Shown here: piece by piece, positions 30,701-43,144 of the stretch
Position numbering within the stretch: the first letter of the stretch is position 1
How the letters are laid out: every line of letters begins with the position of its first letter
Translations under genes and position numbers: made by a program
The notes under the pieces: model-generated
The model's input: only the letters and a program-made list of their open reading frames with translations
What the model was told of the DNA's origin: nothing
Databases searched by the model: none
NCBI GenBank assembly: GCA_029953675.1
Contig: JAMWBK010000007.1
Span: forward strand, 1 to 64,000
Source of the DNA: Rhodosorus marinus CCMP1338
Lineage: Eukaryota > Plantae > Rhodophyta
Direction of reading: 5' to 3'
Length of the DNA stretch: 64,000 bases

Positions 30701-31637
30701 ATATGCCGTGTTCGACGGCGTCAGCGATAGCGCCGAGCCCGTTTTGGATATCACCCACATGGCCAGCTCCGGTATTGTGCGGGTCGCTGAGGGAGACGAC
30801 GAAGAATCGATGTATAACGTGAGGAAGTTCTCGCACACCAACAGGCGACGTACTTTTATGTACTACGGCAGCGCCCCGGATGATGAGGAGCAGAGTTTGG
30901 CTGATTGGATGGCGTCGAACTTCATTCGACAGCACGCCATATTTTCTGAAGAAAATTACCTCGATATCAGCCCGTTCAGCAACTACCGGCTGGATACGAG
31001 GTTGATAGACATCGAAGGTATCGCAAATATTCGGCTCTATTTCACCGGAAGCTATGTGAGGTCAAACTTTGCCGACCCTCTTGACGATAAAATACCGATC
31101 ATGTGCAACTCGTTCTCGCCGGAAGAAACGAGCACTCCCTCGCCGACTCCGGTATACGAAGCGACGCCAACCTCGACTCCCTCGCCGATGCCGTCAGTCG
31201 AAGCGACGCCAACCTCAGCTCCGGACGAAGAGGGAACGAGCGCTTCCGCCCTGTTCGAGGAATTCAGGGAAAAATCTGCTTTCGTGCCCGCTGAAACCAT
31301 GTTGAGTGAAATAGGATCGACTGCTTGCGCTTCGTACAGCTCTTCTGTAAAAAGAGTTGTGTCAGAATCCTCAGTAGGTCAAGTCAGCGCGTGCGAGATC
31401 GCCATCGGAGCAAACGATGGAGTTTATCTGCCAAAGATGATGAAGATGGATTGGGATTGGTCCGATAAGCCGAAGAGGACGCAGTGGAAGAGACCGGAAG
31501 GCGTTGCAGTGAGCTCCAACAAGAAATCTGTAATCTTCAACCTCTCAACCGCCGTCCTCAGTGAAAATATGAGGGAGGCCAAAGTTACCGTCGTCTCCGA
31601 GAGCTGCCCAGCAAGTATCAAGGTAGTATCTTGCTAG
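27713..31637 (+). CDS. Large secreted protein (~1300 aa if joined): Gly-rich GGxGG N-terminal region + helical body, frameshifted at G7 28908-28914
   Basis: 404-aa ORF with signal peptide overlaps a 944-aa ORF lacking a native start; removing one G gives ...KSFRG-VVGAEVEDW... Confidence 0.75.
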
Positions 31638-31744
31638 ACATTGCACGTACCGCACCTAGCCGCGGAAGACTCGAGCCACTAATAAAAAAAAAAACAACCA
31701 GCGACCTCCCGCTGCGTCGTGGATTCTGGTCTCCGAAGCAGAAA

Positions 31745-32115
31745 CAGGGTGCTCAGCATATGCCTATGGGACCATGCTGTCACATGCCCTGTGGTAATCG
31801 CCCATCTGAGCTCTGCCGCCCTCCGCCGAAAGGGGCAGCTCCGTCGAGTGAAGGAGTGACGGTACGCTGAGAACCTGTCCAGCCTTCCCTGCATTGCGGC
31901 TCGTTTCTCACGGGTTTCAGCCGTTCATTGTGAAAGGCTTTGACCACCTGGAAAATTCGAGTTTCGAGTGACACAGTGCCGCTCACGCAATCTTGCTCAA
32001 CTCTCACTTCACACCGCCTGCCACCGCCGCTCGCCACCGCGGCATGTGAGGCCATCTCTGGCACCTGTGGTTAGCCACTCTGCCTTCGTCGCCGGGTCAC
32101 CGTCTCGATGCCTTA
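31745..32115. mobile_element. Scrambled, degenerate family C-like fragments
   Basis: Pieces match family C DLAITCP/KERRYAES/FIVE and GQHSAAH...SHLWL regions. Confidence 0.6.
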
Positions 32116-32454
32116 GGTTAGCCTGGGGAAGGGAAACGCGCTAGAACGCCAGTCCTCAAAAACTACCCGGAAGAGTGAAAAAAGCAGGGAGCTCGCAAGG
32201 ATCCCGCAGGGACTCGGATATCCTGCTCCCTCACTTCGGAGAAAGCGTCATTGGGATGAGAATCAGGGTGGGAAGGAGAAGAATTGTCCCCCGCCCCTGG
32301 CCTCAAAAGAGGACGCTTGGGCGGAGGGAGACGCAGAGAGGAGAGGGACGCATAAGCAGCCGCCAAAGAGCCGGCAACGCGACGCCGAACACCCGAGGCC
32401 TCGGGGGGGCTCGGCTTGATAGCGAGCGGATCCACCGAATCCCCGCCAGCCGAA

Positions 32455-35100
32455 CTACCACAACTAGTACATTTCCCCGACGTCCGTATTCCCGGTATCG
32501 GCAAGCCCAACAGCTGTCTTACATTCACTTGCAGTTCGGCGGTACTCATTTTTTTCGGCGCGAGCGTCGGCATTTCCCGTAACCACACTCCTGAGCCAGC
32601 TCCGGCTGCGGACCGAATTCTGGCCCGATCTTCAGCCGAAATTTGCCCGTGCGAAACCAGTCTTTGGAAAGCTGCATGGTGTGCCTCTCTGGAGAGGGTT
32701 TGTTGAATGGAACCATGTTTCCAAGCTGGGGGATCGGCTTCTTCTGCTCCTGGGGCGGGTTCGGTTCTCGGCTTCAGGGTGGCCAAATTCTTGATTCGCT
32801 TCGGGGCGGGTTCGGTTCTCGGCTTCAGGGTGGCCAAATTCTTGATTCGCTCCGGGGCGGGTTCGGTTCTCGGCTTCAGGGTGGCCAAATTCTTGATTCG
32901 CTCTGGGGCCTCGGGTCGCAGTCTGCGTTGTGTTGCTGCTGCAGACTCGCAAATCTGGTCGGGAAGCTGTGCTGTTGACCTTTGGATTCTCCTCAGTGCG
33001 TGTGTTGCTGCATGCACTTTCGAAGAGGATTGTTCTTCGACCCTGGTGACATATGGCCATTGCCCGTTATTACCTTTGAAGGTCTCGCACCAGGCCGAGT
33101 AGAAGGCGATGGGCTGGATCCGCTGTCTCGTAGCAAAGCCCAGTCCTCCCCAGCGACAGGGGAGTGCTATCTGGTCTAGCGTAGATTTTTCGTAGTCAGG
33201 GTCCTCGATGGTCGTAGTAGTGAGGCCTCCAAATAGTGTATCTAGGTGATAACGCGTCAGGGCGTCCGCTTCCCGTGCAAGTGTTCTTCCAAAGGGGTAG
33301 GCGAGGCAGCGTAGAAAGTAGTCCAGGCGGGGTTCAGAACAATAACGGAAGAGGGCCAGTTTCGTAGTCAGTTCTTCAGGGGGCAGGTGCACTATCTCCT
33401 TAAATAGTTTCTCGTGGTTGTTTTGTAGCCGCCGGCACTCGCTTTGGATGTAAGCGCGAGTTCCAATCGGAATGGAATGGATTGTAACTCCGTCTCGCGT
33501 CGTCGTGACGCCAGGGATCTCGCGGCTGACCAGTCGTGGCGTGGTCATCGAGGTGCCGTACAATGTGCACTTGGCAAGCTGCAGTCGGGCTCCGAGTGAG
33601 GGTAGTAGTGCCTGTCCCCAGTGTAGTACGTCTTTCAGTAGTGGTAGCTGCCCTACGATGGTGATATCGTCATGGATTGCCACAATGGTTAAATTAGGTG
33701 CTTTGTTGTGCAATGCTTCCAAGAAAGGCGCCAGGGAGAGCGCATGTAGGATCGGTCCTAGGGGATCTCCCTGTTGAACTCCCGTTCTGGCCCGAAGTGT
33801 CAAGCGGTGGGTGTCGTCTTGGTCTGCATCGTGGTTATCACGCCATCCGAAGAGTGTAGGAGCTTCCGTGCTGTCGTTTCCGTAGCCAAGCCGGTACACG
33901 GCTTTCAGCTCGGGGAAATGGTGATCCAGGATTTGCTTTGCGATGCGGCGGTCAATGCGGTTGAACGCGTTCTCCAGGTCGAGCCGTAAGACGACGGCGT
34001 CAGGTTCGCACGAGAGGTGTGCCTGGATCGCGTGTAGTGATCGTTCACAACCACCGCTAACTCCGATGCCCAGTTGTAGAGGTATGAGCAGTTCCTTAAC
34101 GCGGTCGGTGACCGAACGAAGGATCCACTGTGTGGCCACCTTTCGGAGGACTTCGGGGACTCCGATCGGCCGGATGCCAGGTCTCGCTGCAACGGTTGTG
34201 TGCTCGTGGGTTTTTCAAACGGCAGTAGTCTGCTGCTACGCATTGCCCGGGTCATCTGGGGTGGAAACTTCTCTGGTGCCGTAGCAAGTTGCCGGAGAAC
34301 GCGGACTAGAGCCACTTGGACGTTCTGGGGGGCTCCCTGCAGGTGTTCTGCTCGGAGTCCGCTAGGCCCGGGGCTAGTACCTTGGGGAAGCCGGGCTATT
34401 ATCGCGAGGATACCTTCGTCTGCTGCTAGTCGGGCATTCCATCTTCTCCGGAGATTATCGGTGTCCTTGGAGAGCAGGTTTTGTAGGGCTTGGTCGACAT
34501 CCACCGGTAGGGAGCACTCCGTCTGGTCCGGAAAGAGTTCCTCCAGTGGTTGCCACGTAGCGTTGGTAAATGGAGCCAGTTCGGTGGCCTGCAGTCTGCG
34601 GGCCGCGTGTGAGAGGCGTCCGAGATGTGCCAATTTCAGGGCCTGTTTTCGCCGCCTTTGCGCCTGTTTCTGGTCTATTTCAGGTCCGCTTAGGGCAGTA
34701 CGAAGGGTCTGGTTGGAGCCATATTCCTCGAGCGCAGTCCAGACAGTGTGAAACTCGCCTTCGAGTACGTGCGTGAACTGCGTGCCGATTGGAAGAGCAG
34801 TGTACCCGAGAACCAATCCTGGGAGCCCGGAGAGGAAGAGGCTAGCATTCACTGGTGCGCTGCGGTCCATTGTGAGCTCCAGGGCGACCCGAAGGAGTCT
34901 GCTCCAGTCGTTGACGTGTGCGCGAGGCACGAAGCGTCGAGTAGGGACGGGGCAGTGTGCGAGGCGAGTCCACAACCTTCCTCTGTCCGTGATATCGTTG
35001 ACGAAAACATTCCAGCGTTCAATCCAGTCCTGTCGCTTGGAGAAGAAAAGAGGTTCTTCCTGTCTGCGTTTGATTCCCCTATGTCGGCTCGGCATTATTG
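32455..35100 (-). mobile_element. Family A (b-like) ORF2 copy, one frameshift near 34150, 3'-truncated at the Zn knuckle
   Basis: MPSRHRGIKRRQEEPLFFS... colinear with 509-3646; IHDD; starts at TAATG. Confidence 0.88.
32752..32905. repeat. Three 51-bp in-frame tandem copies within ORF2 (APERIKNLATLKPRTEP)
   Basis: GGGGCGGGTTCGGTTCTCGGCTTCAGGGTGGCCAAATTCTTGATTCGCT recurs at 51-nt spacing. Confidence 0.9.
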
Positions 35101-35104
35101 GGTT

Positions 35105-37873
35105 GTGTTCCTTTTCTCCTAGTGCTTCCTCAGCTTTTAGGTCTTCTCGACAGAATCGGGCGCGTCACGCGGTGGCAGGCGGTGATCTGCGGCGGGCAGC
35201 CGGGATCCTCCAGCAGCGGCAACCTGTGGTTCCATACTCCGATGATCTTTCTTCACCGCTCCGTTTGCTCTTTCCCTCGGAAGGCTCCCCTTGGGACTCC
35301 TCGTTTGAATCAGTGTTGGAAGAGTACCGCGCCGCGCCACATCCCAGTGCGCGGTTAGTGGTCAATCTGGAGGCGGTGCGTGAGTTGGTTCATGATGCTC
35401 CGAAGGGCCGTTCCCCAGGGCCCTCGGGGCTGCGGGTGGAATATCTCCGTTTCTTAAGTGATGAAGGTTTGAAGGCGTTGGCGTGGGTGGTCGAAGCGCT
35501 TGTGAATGGTGATCCCCTGTGTGAGTGTGCGTGGTTCTTGGTCGGGCGTTCGCAAATGTGTCTGCTTTCGAAGCCCGGCCACACGGCCTCGAGCCCTGCT
35601 ATTCGCCCTATTGGCCTGGTTGAGGTGGTCCGCAAATTGGCGGCGCGATGGTTAGTGAAAATCCTGGTTCCCGAATCCCGCCGTTCCTTTGGGCACGTGC
35701 AGTTAGGTGTGGGCTATCGTGGTGGCTGTGAGTTGTTGTCTGTTTTACTCCGTTCGGAAATGGCGTACTCCCCAGATTCTGGGCTCCTCTCTGTAGATTT
35801 TACCAATGCGTTCAACCGCGTCTCTCGTCCGGCTCTCATGCACGTGGTGCGCGAAGTCTTCCCTGCAGGCTTTCCCTTTGTTAGTAGACTTTATTCTCCG
35901 CTTGGTCGTGGGGCTACCTATGACACCCTTGGCGCTTCCTCACACACGTTTGCGGCGCGCACAGAGGTACAACAGGGTGATCCCTTGTCCCCTTTCCTAC
36001 ATGCCTGTGGACTACAACTCGTCTTGCTTTGTCTTCGCTCCGAATTCCCGCAGGTTCGTACGGTTGCATACCACGACGACGTGTGCCTCCTGGGGCCCCC
36101 TGATACTCTAGCGCTCGCTTATGATCGTCTTCGCTCCTTGGCTTCGCGGGTTGACTTGGAGGTTAATCATCACAAATCGTTCTACTGGGGAGGTGTAGCT
36201 GCACAAGAGCAGCAGGTACCTGCGTCGTTCCAGGATATTTGGAGACCGGATGGTTTTGTCCACTTAGGCATCCCCTACGGGTCGCCGTCCTTCGTTGAAG
36301 GCGAGTTCCTGCAGCTCCTCGGTAAGCACAGACAGCTGGTTGCAGAGCTTCGACGGCTACCTCCGGGCTTTCTCCAGTGCTCGTTGTTGCTGTTTCGGTA
36401 TTGTTGCAGTCAGCGGTTAACCTATTGGCTTCGCTCACTTCCAACTCATTGGGGCCGGTGGTTGGCCACTCGTGCGGATGCTGAAAGTTTCCGTGACCTG
36501 GGGTATTTTCTCGATGAAGAGCTGAGCGCTCTGTCGCGACCCACCTGTGATGTTGTGCGCGCCCAGGTAGGCCTCCCATTGCGATGGGGGGACTGGGCCT
36601 CTGCAACCACAGGTCCAACCTGCAGCCGCAGTAGGGGCCTGGGGAACCGCACTTCCCACTTTGAGCAGCTTGGGTATCTCGAAGTTCCGCAATTTGATGG
36701 TGAGCCTCCCGGTGTCTTGCTTCCCAGCGTACCGGAAAGCGCCCAAGACTTGTTTCTGGAGCTCCAAACCGCCCTGAATTCCTGTACTAGTCTCCCCGAA
36801 ACCGTTCAACCCCGTCTTCCTGACTGGCGAGCTGTACTTGACCGCTCTCGAGGCTCTGCCCCGGTGATTCGTCCTGCGCCTGAACCTGTTCTAGGGGAGA
36901 TTGACCCAGTGGTTGCCGCAGAAGAAGAAGTTCCAGTTGATCCTCCTGATGATTCCCAGCGCGCTGGGAGCCGAGCTCAAGCACGCACGGATGCGCTGCA
37001 AAATATCCTTTCTTGGGACTTGCACCGTGCTGCATATGGCCGACTCCTCGCGCAGATGGTCTCATCTTCTCGCGCTCGCGCCCGCCTACGTAGTCTTGGA
37101 GGGGTTATTAGCTCTCAGTGGCTCATGACAGTACCAGCGTTTCCGCCACTCACACTGTCGGATTTCGAAGTGCGTACTTCACTGCGCTTATACCTCGGCT
37201 TACATCAGCCCCCTTGGCCGTACGAGATGGGTTCGTCGTGCCCTCTCTGCTCTCAGACTGAAGACAACGCAGATTTTGGCGCCCACCTGCTCGCTAGTTG
37301 CCCGGCGGTGAAAGGTGCTCGAACCCGCCGCCACACACGGATCTTGAACCTGTTATACCGGGAACTTCGGCCTATAGTCCGGCAAGCCGGTCTGGAAATC
37401 GAACGTGAGAAACCTTTACCCGTCGCGGACTTTCAAAATGATGAACGCCGTGTAACCGACCTGGTGATCACCTTTGACGACAGCCGCCGTACCACATACG
37501 TTGATCTTGCTGTTCCTAACCCTCAAGCTAGTCGTTATCTCCCGGCTGCGGGGGAGCCCCGAGGATCTGCCGCCGCCAGCATGAGACGCCGCAAAGAGAT
37601 CAAATACGCGGGGGCTTTGTCTTCCCCTGGTGTTCGTGCTTCGGCACTAGCACATCGCTTGGTACCCCTGATCATTGAGTGCTTTGGGTTCATGGACTCT
37701 GTTGGTTCTCGCTGGCTTCGGGAGTTGTTCCGCGAACGCCCTGACCGTCTTCAATCGTTGTTTACCCGCTTAAGTTTCCTGCTGTGGCGCATGAATGCCG
37801 CTTTGATGTTGGAGGCGCGAGTACTTCGCCGCACTTAGTCTTTTTTTCCCTTCGGGGTTTTTTTTTTCAGCCT
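35105..37873 (+). mobile_element. Family B, longest copy (RT + RLE, 5'-truncated)
   Basis: SPGPSG, RPIG, VDFTNAFN, QQGDPLSP, YHDD, CPLC...HLLASC, RLE; short out-of-frame stretch near 36590-36660; B tail. Confidence 0.9.
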
Positions 37874-37924
37874 CCGATTAAACCATTCGTTCGCTTTCTG
37901 TTGCGGAGCACCTCTTTTACTCCC

Positions 37925-38026
37925 CCCCGGTAGCGGGGTTCCAGTAAGTTTTTCCCTAGATAGGATTAGACGTAGTGTTGCGCTGCAGTAGGCAGCTGCC
38001 CATTAAAGCTTACGGTTACGTTAGTC
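37925..38026 (+). mobile_element. Family A-b 3' UTR ending in GGTTACGTTAGTC
   Basis: Near-identical to the reverse complement of 5510-5605. Confidence 0.88.
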
Positions 38027-38049
38027 ACTTGCCCCGTGTCCGGTACATA

Positions 38050-38400
38050 TTTCGCTTCTACCGCTCTCCCCAGGGGGGCAGCAGTTTTGTACTTCGCCGC
38101 GTGAAGGAACGACGGTACGCTGAGAGCATGGCCAGTATTTCCCGGAAGAGGGGCCCGTCTCACAGGTTCCAGACTTTCATTGTGGAAACCTTTGGGCATC
38201 TGGAAATTCAAGCTTGGCGTGGCTACGTAAGTGTATTACCGAACATCCTGAAGAATATCTGGTGCTTCTTCGCAGTTTAAGTATCGCAATCTAGCGGTAT
38301 TCCAGCACATGCTCGCCGAGGCGCACCACCGTCGCCTGTGCTTACATGGTCTTCTTCCTAGCACCTAGTTTCCCTTCACGTTTTGCGTAGCGCATCACGC
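38050..38400 (+). mobile_element. Degenerate family C-like 3' fragment
   Basis: RRVKERRYAESMAS...FQTFIVETFGH; TTGCGTAGCGC UTR. Confidence 0.7.
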
Positions 38401-40213
38401 AATGTTTGTAAAACCACCGAGGTTGCTTTACAATAGGTCCTCCGACACGTTGTGCCTCGTGCTCGTGAATTTTTGTTGCCTAGTCAACCAGGCTATGCTA
38501 GTAAAGTCCAGTCAACTGGGTGTTGGTGCTCCGGCGGTTGTGAAGCAGCTGTACACACTCTTTCAGCCCATTTACACTATGAGCCAGACCACATTCTCCT
38601 GAAACTCGACCTAGCGAACGCGTTTAACCGAATCGACCGCAGGCTTGCAAGACGCATTCTTGACGTTCGCTTTCCGTAGCTGGCCCCCCTCTACTTTCTC
38701 GGCTATGGGCGTTACTCTGCAGACGGCTCGTACCACTTCGGATGGCTCCCTGAAGAAGGTTCTTCCTCTAAGGATGGACTGTTGCTACGCTCGCTTACTG
38801 ACGTTCAACAAGGCGATCCCCTCGCACGGGAGCTCCTTCCCCGTATCTTATGGCCATTCACGATTTCTTTCCCAACCTCACGGTGCTCGCGCTACACGAC
38901 GACATTAGCTGGGTTGGCCCCTACTACACCGTGCAAGAGGCCTTCTAATGGAGTCAAAGAGTCATAAGTTTTCTCGGCGCCCGATCTCAACCAGATAAGT
39001 ACGTCCTCTTCGGACATATGATTTATTTGCCGCGACTTGTCAATCATGACTTTCCTGCCGTTGATGTTACGGGCCACGGAGTGATGCTAGACTCCGTCCG
39101 AGTGGACAACGGGCCTGTGTGCTGCAAACATGTCGCAAGATGCAGAATGTACATGCCAAGCTCGTAAGGCGGATTCAGGCACTCCCAGAAGGCGAATTAC
39201 AGACGAAACTGGCCCTCTTTCGCTACTGTGCTGGTCCCCCCGTGGGCTTTCACCTCTGGCGCCTGGCTCTACCTTTCGGCGCGGTTCCTGCTTCTGAGGC
39301 GGACGCAATCACCTTGCACGAGTTGGATACGTTGTGCGGAAGTTTGCTTATCCTCGAGGGTCTTCCACCGGAACAGCTCGATACCGTGCAGCCCAAATTC
39401 GCCTACCGGGCAAGTGGGGTGGGCTGGGCTGGGCTTGGCTACACGCCCAGCCCACCCTAATTCAACCGATCGCCTTTTACGCTGCATGTCTTCGCACTCT
39501 CCAGCATAATGCCGCTGAAAATCCCTTTCTGAGACGTCTTGGCACAGCGAGTCGCAGCAGATCCCAACGCGGATTTTTCCCTGGAGGATCTCGCCAGTTA
39601 TACAGATCACTTAGAACACCAACTACTGCTCGCTAGCTGCTGGAAGACCTCCCGCCTCAGCTCTCGTACGCCGGTCCGTATTCGCACGCTCGCTCTTTGC
39701 TCTAAGGCGCTTCCCACCGGTGCTGCTGGTACTTCTTCAACCCATCCCCCGCTCGCAGGTCCTCTACAACAAATACTCTCGCAGGAGAGCCACCGTAGAG
39801 CGTTTGAGGATATCGGGGATAATTCTGCCCTTGAAGATCGGACCCGCGCTCGCGGCCGATCCCCTTCTGGTGCTGGCGCCGGTGGCTGGCTTCGTGACCT
39901 TCCCAGCATGGGATCTGAGCTCCTCTCCGCCAAAGAAATCCGCTGCAGGTTTACGCCTTCTTTTGGGACTCCCGATACCTGGTCTTCGCACTACTCCTGA
40001 ATGCACAGTAAGTGCCAAATTTCACACTACAGGTGGGACTCAACGTTTATTCCACTGTTCTACTTCGGCCGGGAATTGGACTCTGCGCCATAACCGCATT
40101 CGTGATCAACTCGCGCGTCACCTCCGTCGGTAGCACCTTCATGATCTTCCAAGTCGAGTCTTTCGGGGCTTTCGGGGGTAGTCGTCTTCGACCAGACGTT
40201 GTCGTTCGTCATC

Positions 40214-40933
40214 GAACGAGGAACGAATGGTTTAATCGGAGGCTGAAAAAAAAAACCCCGAGGGGAAAAAAAGACTAAGCGCGGCGAAGTACTCGCGCCT
40301 CCAACATCAAAGCGGCATTCATGCGCCACAGCAGGAAACTTAAGCGGGTAAACAACGATTGAAGACGGTCAGGGCGTTCGCGGAACAACTCCCGAAGCCA
40401 GCGAGAACCAACAGAGTCCATGAACCCAAAGCACTCAATGATCAGGGGTACCAAGCGATGTGCTAGTGCCGAAGCACGAACACCAGGGGAAGACAAAGCC
40501 CCCGCGTATTTGATCTCTTTGCGGCGTCTCATGCTGGCGGCGGCAGATCCACGGCGCTCCCCCGCAGCCGGGAGATAACGACTAGCTTGAGGGTTAGGAA
40601 CAGCAAGATCAACGTATGTGGTACGGCGGCTGTCGTCACAGGTGATCACCAGGTCGGTTACACGGCGTTCATCATTTTGAAAGTCCGCGACGGGTAAAGG
40701 TTTCTCACGTTCGATTTCCAGACCGGCTTGCCGGACTATAGGCCGAAGTTCCCGGTATAACAGGTTCAAGATCCGTGTGTGGCGGCGGGTTCGAGCACCT
40801 TTCACCGCCGGGCAACTAGCGAGCAGGTGGGCGCCAAAATCTGCGTTGTCTTCAGTCTGAGAGCAGAGAGGGCACGACGAACCCATCTCGTACGGCCAAG
40901 GGGGCTGATGCAAGCCGAGGTATAAGCGCAGAA
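40214..40933 (-). mobile_element. Family B copy nested in the family E RLE, 6-bp TSD GTCATC
   Basis: TSD at 40208-40213 and 40934-40939; removing the insert restores VVRH-HRAGKQYVIDV. Confidence 0.9.
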
Positions 40934-41045
40934 GTCATCACCGCGCAGGTAAGCAGTACGTAATTGATGTCAAGGTGGAATCCCCACACCGGCCCACCTC
41001 CTCGTTCGAGCCGCACGTCAAACTGGTTATGCCGCAGCTAATGCT

Positions 41046-41300
41046 GAGGCCGGCAAACGAGTCAAATACCGGGGTGCCATCTGTGACCACAATGACTTCC
41101 AAATTGTACCCTTCGCCGTCGAGCTAACATTGAGGCCGGCAAACGAGCTAAATATCGGGATGCCATCTGTGACCACAATGACTTCTAAATTGTACTCCTC
41201 GACCTCGAGCTAATGCTTAGACCGGCAAACGAACCAAATATCGGGATGCCATCGGTGACCGCAATGACTTCCAAATTGTACCCTTCGCCGTCGAAGGGTT
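41046..41300. repeat. Three ~86-nt tandem copies inside the family E RLE
   Basis: CCGGCAAACGA...TGCCATC(T/G)GTGACC(A/G)CAATGACTT three times. Confidence 0.85.
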
Positions 41301-42454
41301 TGGACGACTCGGGCAAGCAGCCAAGACTTCATTACCGAAACTACTGCGCATCTTGAGCACAAAGCGGACTCGCAAACGGCTCATTCGTGTGGATACGTGT
41401 TCGTGTGGACAGTAATCGTTCGAATTGAGAGCTATGGCGAGGCACGGCTAGTTTGGCGATCCATGCCATGCATGCCAAAGATAATCATGTTCGGACGCTG
41501 TTCCCTACAGAAAGTAGTCTTCTACCCCACTCTGGGCTCTCCTTAGCCTAGCCCCTCCTGTTTTCCTTGCATCTCTCTAGCGCTACATTCGGTAGTTGGA
41601 ATAAACGGAAATAGTAAATCCATCCTTTTCCCGGACTGTTGCTATCACTACTTATCTCGCTTCTGCTCGTGAGGTCACCTCTCGGTGTATAGCTCTCTTT
41701 GCCATTATTTTTTTTCTCAATAGACGAGTTCTCAGCTCTAAGATCCTGACGGAGATAGAAATGTTTGTCGAGAAGATAGATGAACTGATAGTCGATAATG
41801 GTGGTTTACCGATAAACGGAGAATCGAGACTAGAACCGACTCATCTCCAAGCTCCTCAAGGAGCCCGTCCGCTGCTGGTGACTGGTAATGATGACAAACT
41901 AGGAACAAATGCACCAACCGTTCGAATCTTTTGCACCCTAGAGATGAATTAGGAAAAGCGCCAGAGGGGTTAAATCCGATTCCAAAGATAAGCACGCGGC
42001 TATGTGGATGCCCTATCGATCACCTTTCCATCTCCACAGTATTGATCAACTTCTCCCACATCAATACATCTGTAATTCATATTAGGACTATAGGGATTTG
42101 GTGACATTATGCACTGTGTATCCCCACACTCGCAGACGCAGAATCCGTTGTAGGTTTCAGTGAAGGCCTAGAGATGAATTAGTAACAGCCCAAGCTTGGT
42201 TAAGCACAGAAGGCAACAATTTAATAATCAGCTCCGGATATCGTATTTATCACCTGATAACCATCACAGTGCTTCAGAGCGAATTGATCCACGGCAGAGC
42301 AGGTCCGATAAACGCTGTCGTTTAGGCTTATGCACTGGGTCGACGTAACCTCACATTCCGTACAGGTACAGTTGCCGTTCTCATCTTTTCCAGGAAGCTT
42401 CAGTTACGGTGATGGTTTTTGTCTTAGAAAGAGTGCAAAACTTGTGCTGAAGGT

Positions 42455-43144
42455 TCAGGACGATTGAGCACTTACCACTACACCACCGCACTGATCGTAG
42501 GGGTTTCTACACAACCCTTCCTCCGTTCTGCATTCAAATTCCGAATCGAGGCAACCAGAACACCCAGTGATCATGAAAGTGCAGATCGTGAGAGGATTAC
42601 CGTCGCTCCTCGTTGTCAAAGAGCAGTATTCGTCGTCTGCATCAGGAGCCATGTAGGCCCGAATTCGTTTCCCGGTATCCAGATCTGTGACCACTGCGGC
42701 TGCAGCAAAATCGGGGAAACGGGTGCAGCAACTATCGTTTCCATAGAGCACCTCTGGACATGCCTTCATACTCGACTTCGTGACGGTACCGGTAAAGCCG
42801 TTTTTCTCCTTCATCTTTTCGACATCCTTGTACTTGTTCCAGAGGAGACTTTCAGAGACAGTCCAGCGAAACGCTGCCCAAAGTCTGGTCAGCTCGTTGC
42901 CGTCGGCAGCTGTGAAGGTGAATCTCATACAGTTGCCCTCATCCCGAGTAGGCACTGTTGATGTACAGATCTCTCCCAGAACCTTTCGTCCAGACTTCGT
43001 GACTAGGTTTCTGCAGATATCTATGTACTGGAACTCGTCTTTCCTGGGATCCATACTGCAGTCTTCCCAGTCTGCTGTCGCCGTGCCAATCATCGCCAAT
43101 ACCAGCAAAAAGAAGACGCTGAACCGTTTCATTTTTCCTTCCAT
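42455..43144 (-). CDS. Small secreted Cys-rich protein, 229 aa, unknown function
   Basis: Signal peptide MKRFSVFFLLVLAMIGTATA; numerous Cys; a second copy at 46163-46593 differs by few substitutions. Confidence 0.8.
   Translation of the reverse strand: MEGKMKRFSVFFLLVLAMIGTATADWEDCSMDPRKDEFQYIDICRNLVTKSGRKVLGEICTSTVPTRDEGNCMRFTFTAADGNELTRLWAAFRWTVSESLLWNKYKDVEKMKEKNGFTGTVTKSSMKACPEVLYGNDSCCTRFPDFAAAAVVTDLDTGKRIRAYMAPDADDEYCSLTTRSDGNPLTICTFMITGCSGCLDSEFECRTEEGLCRNPYDQCGGVVVSAQSS

Larger units (their letters stand above)
38402..41610 (+). mobile_element. Family E degenerate ORF2 (RT + RLE) with nested insertions
   Basis: LKLDLANAFNRIDRR, QQGDPL, LHDD, GTQRLFHC, RPDVV, YVIDVKVESP, FAVEGFGRLG; E-type 3' end at 41480-41610; many frameshifts. 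Confidence 0.8.

Noticed and set aside
34773-35104. N-terminal ~110 aa of the 1021-aa ORF 34773-37838
   Set aside because: This is the antisense strand of the family A ORF2 start; similarity to B/C ORF2 begins only near 35105
41610-42450. Possible gene or pseudogene
   Set aside because: Only short ORFs with no recognisable motif
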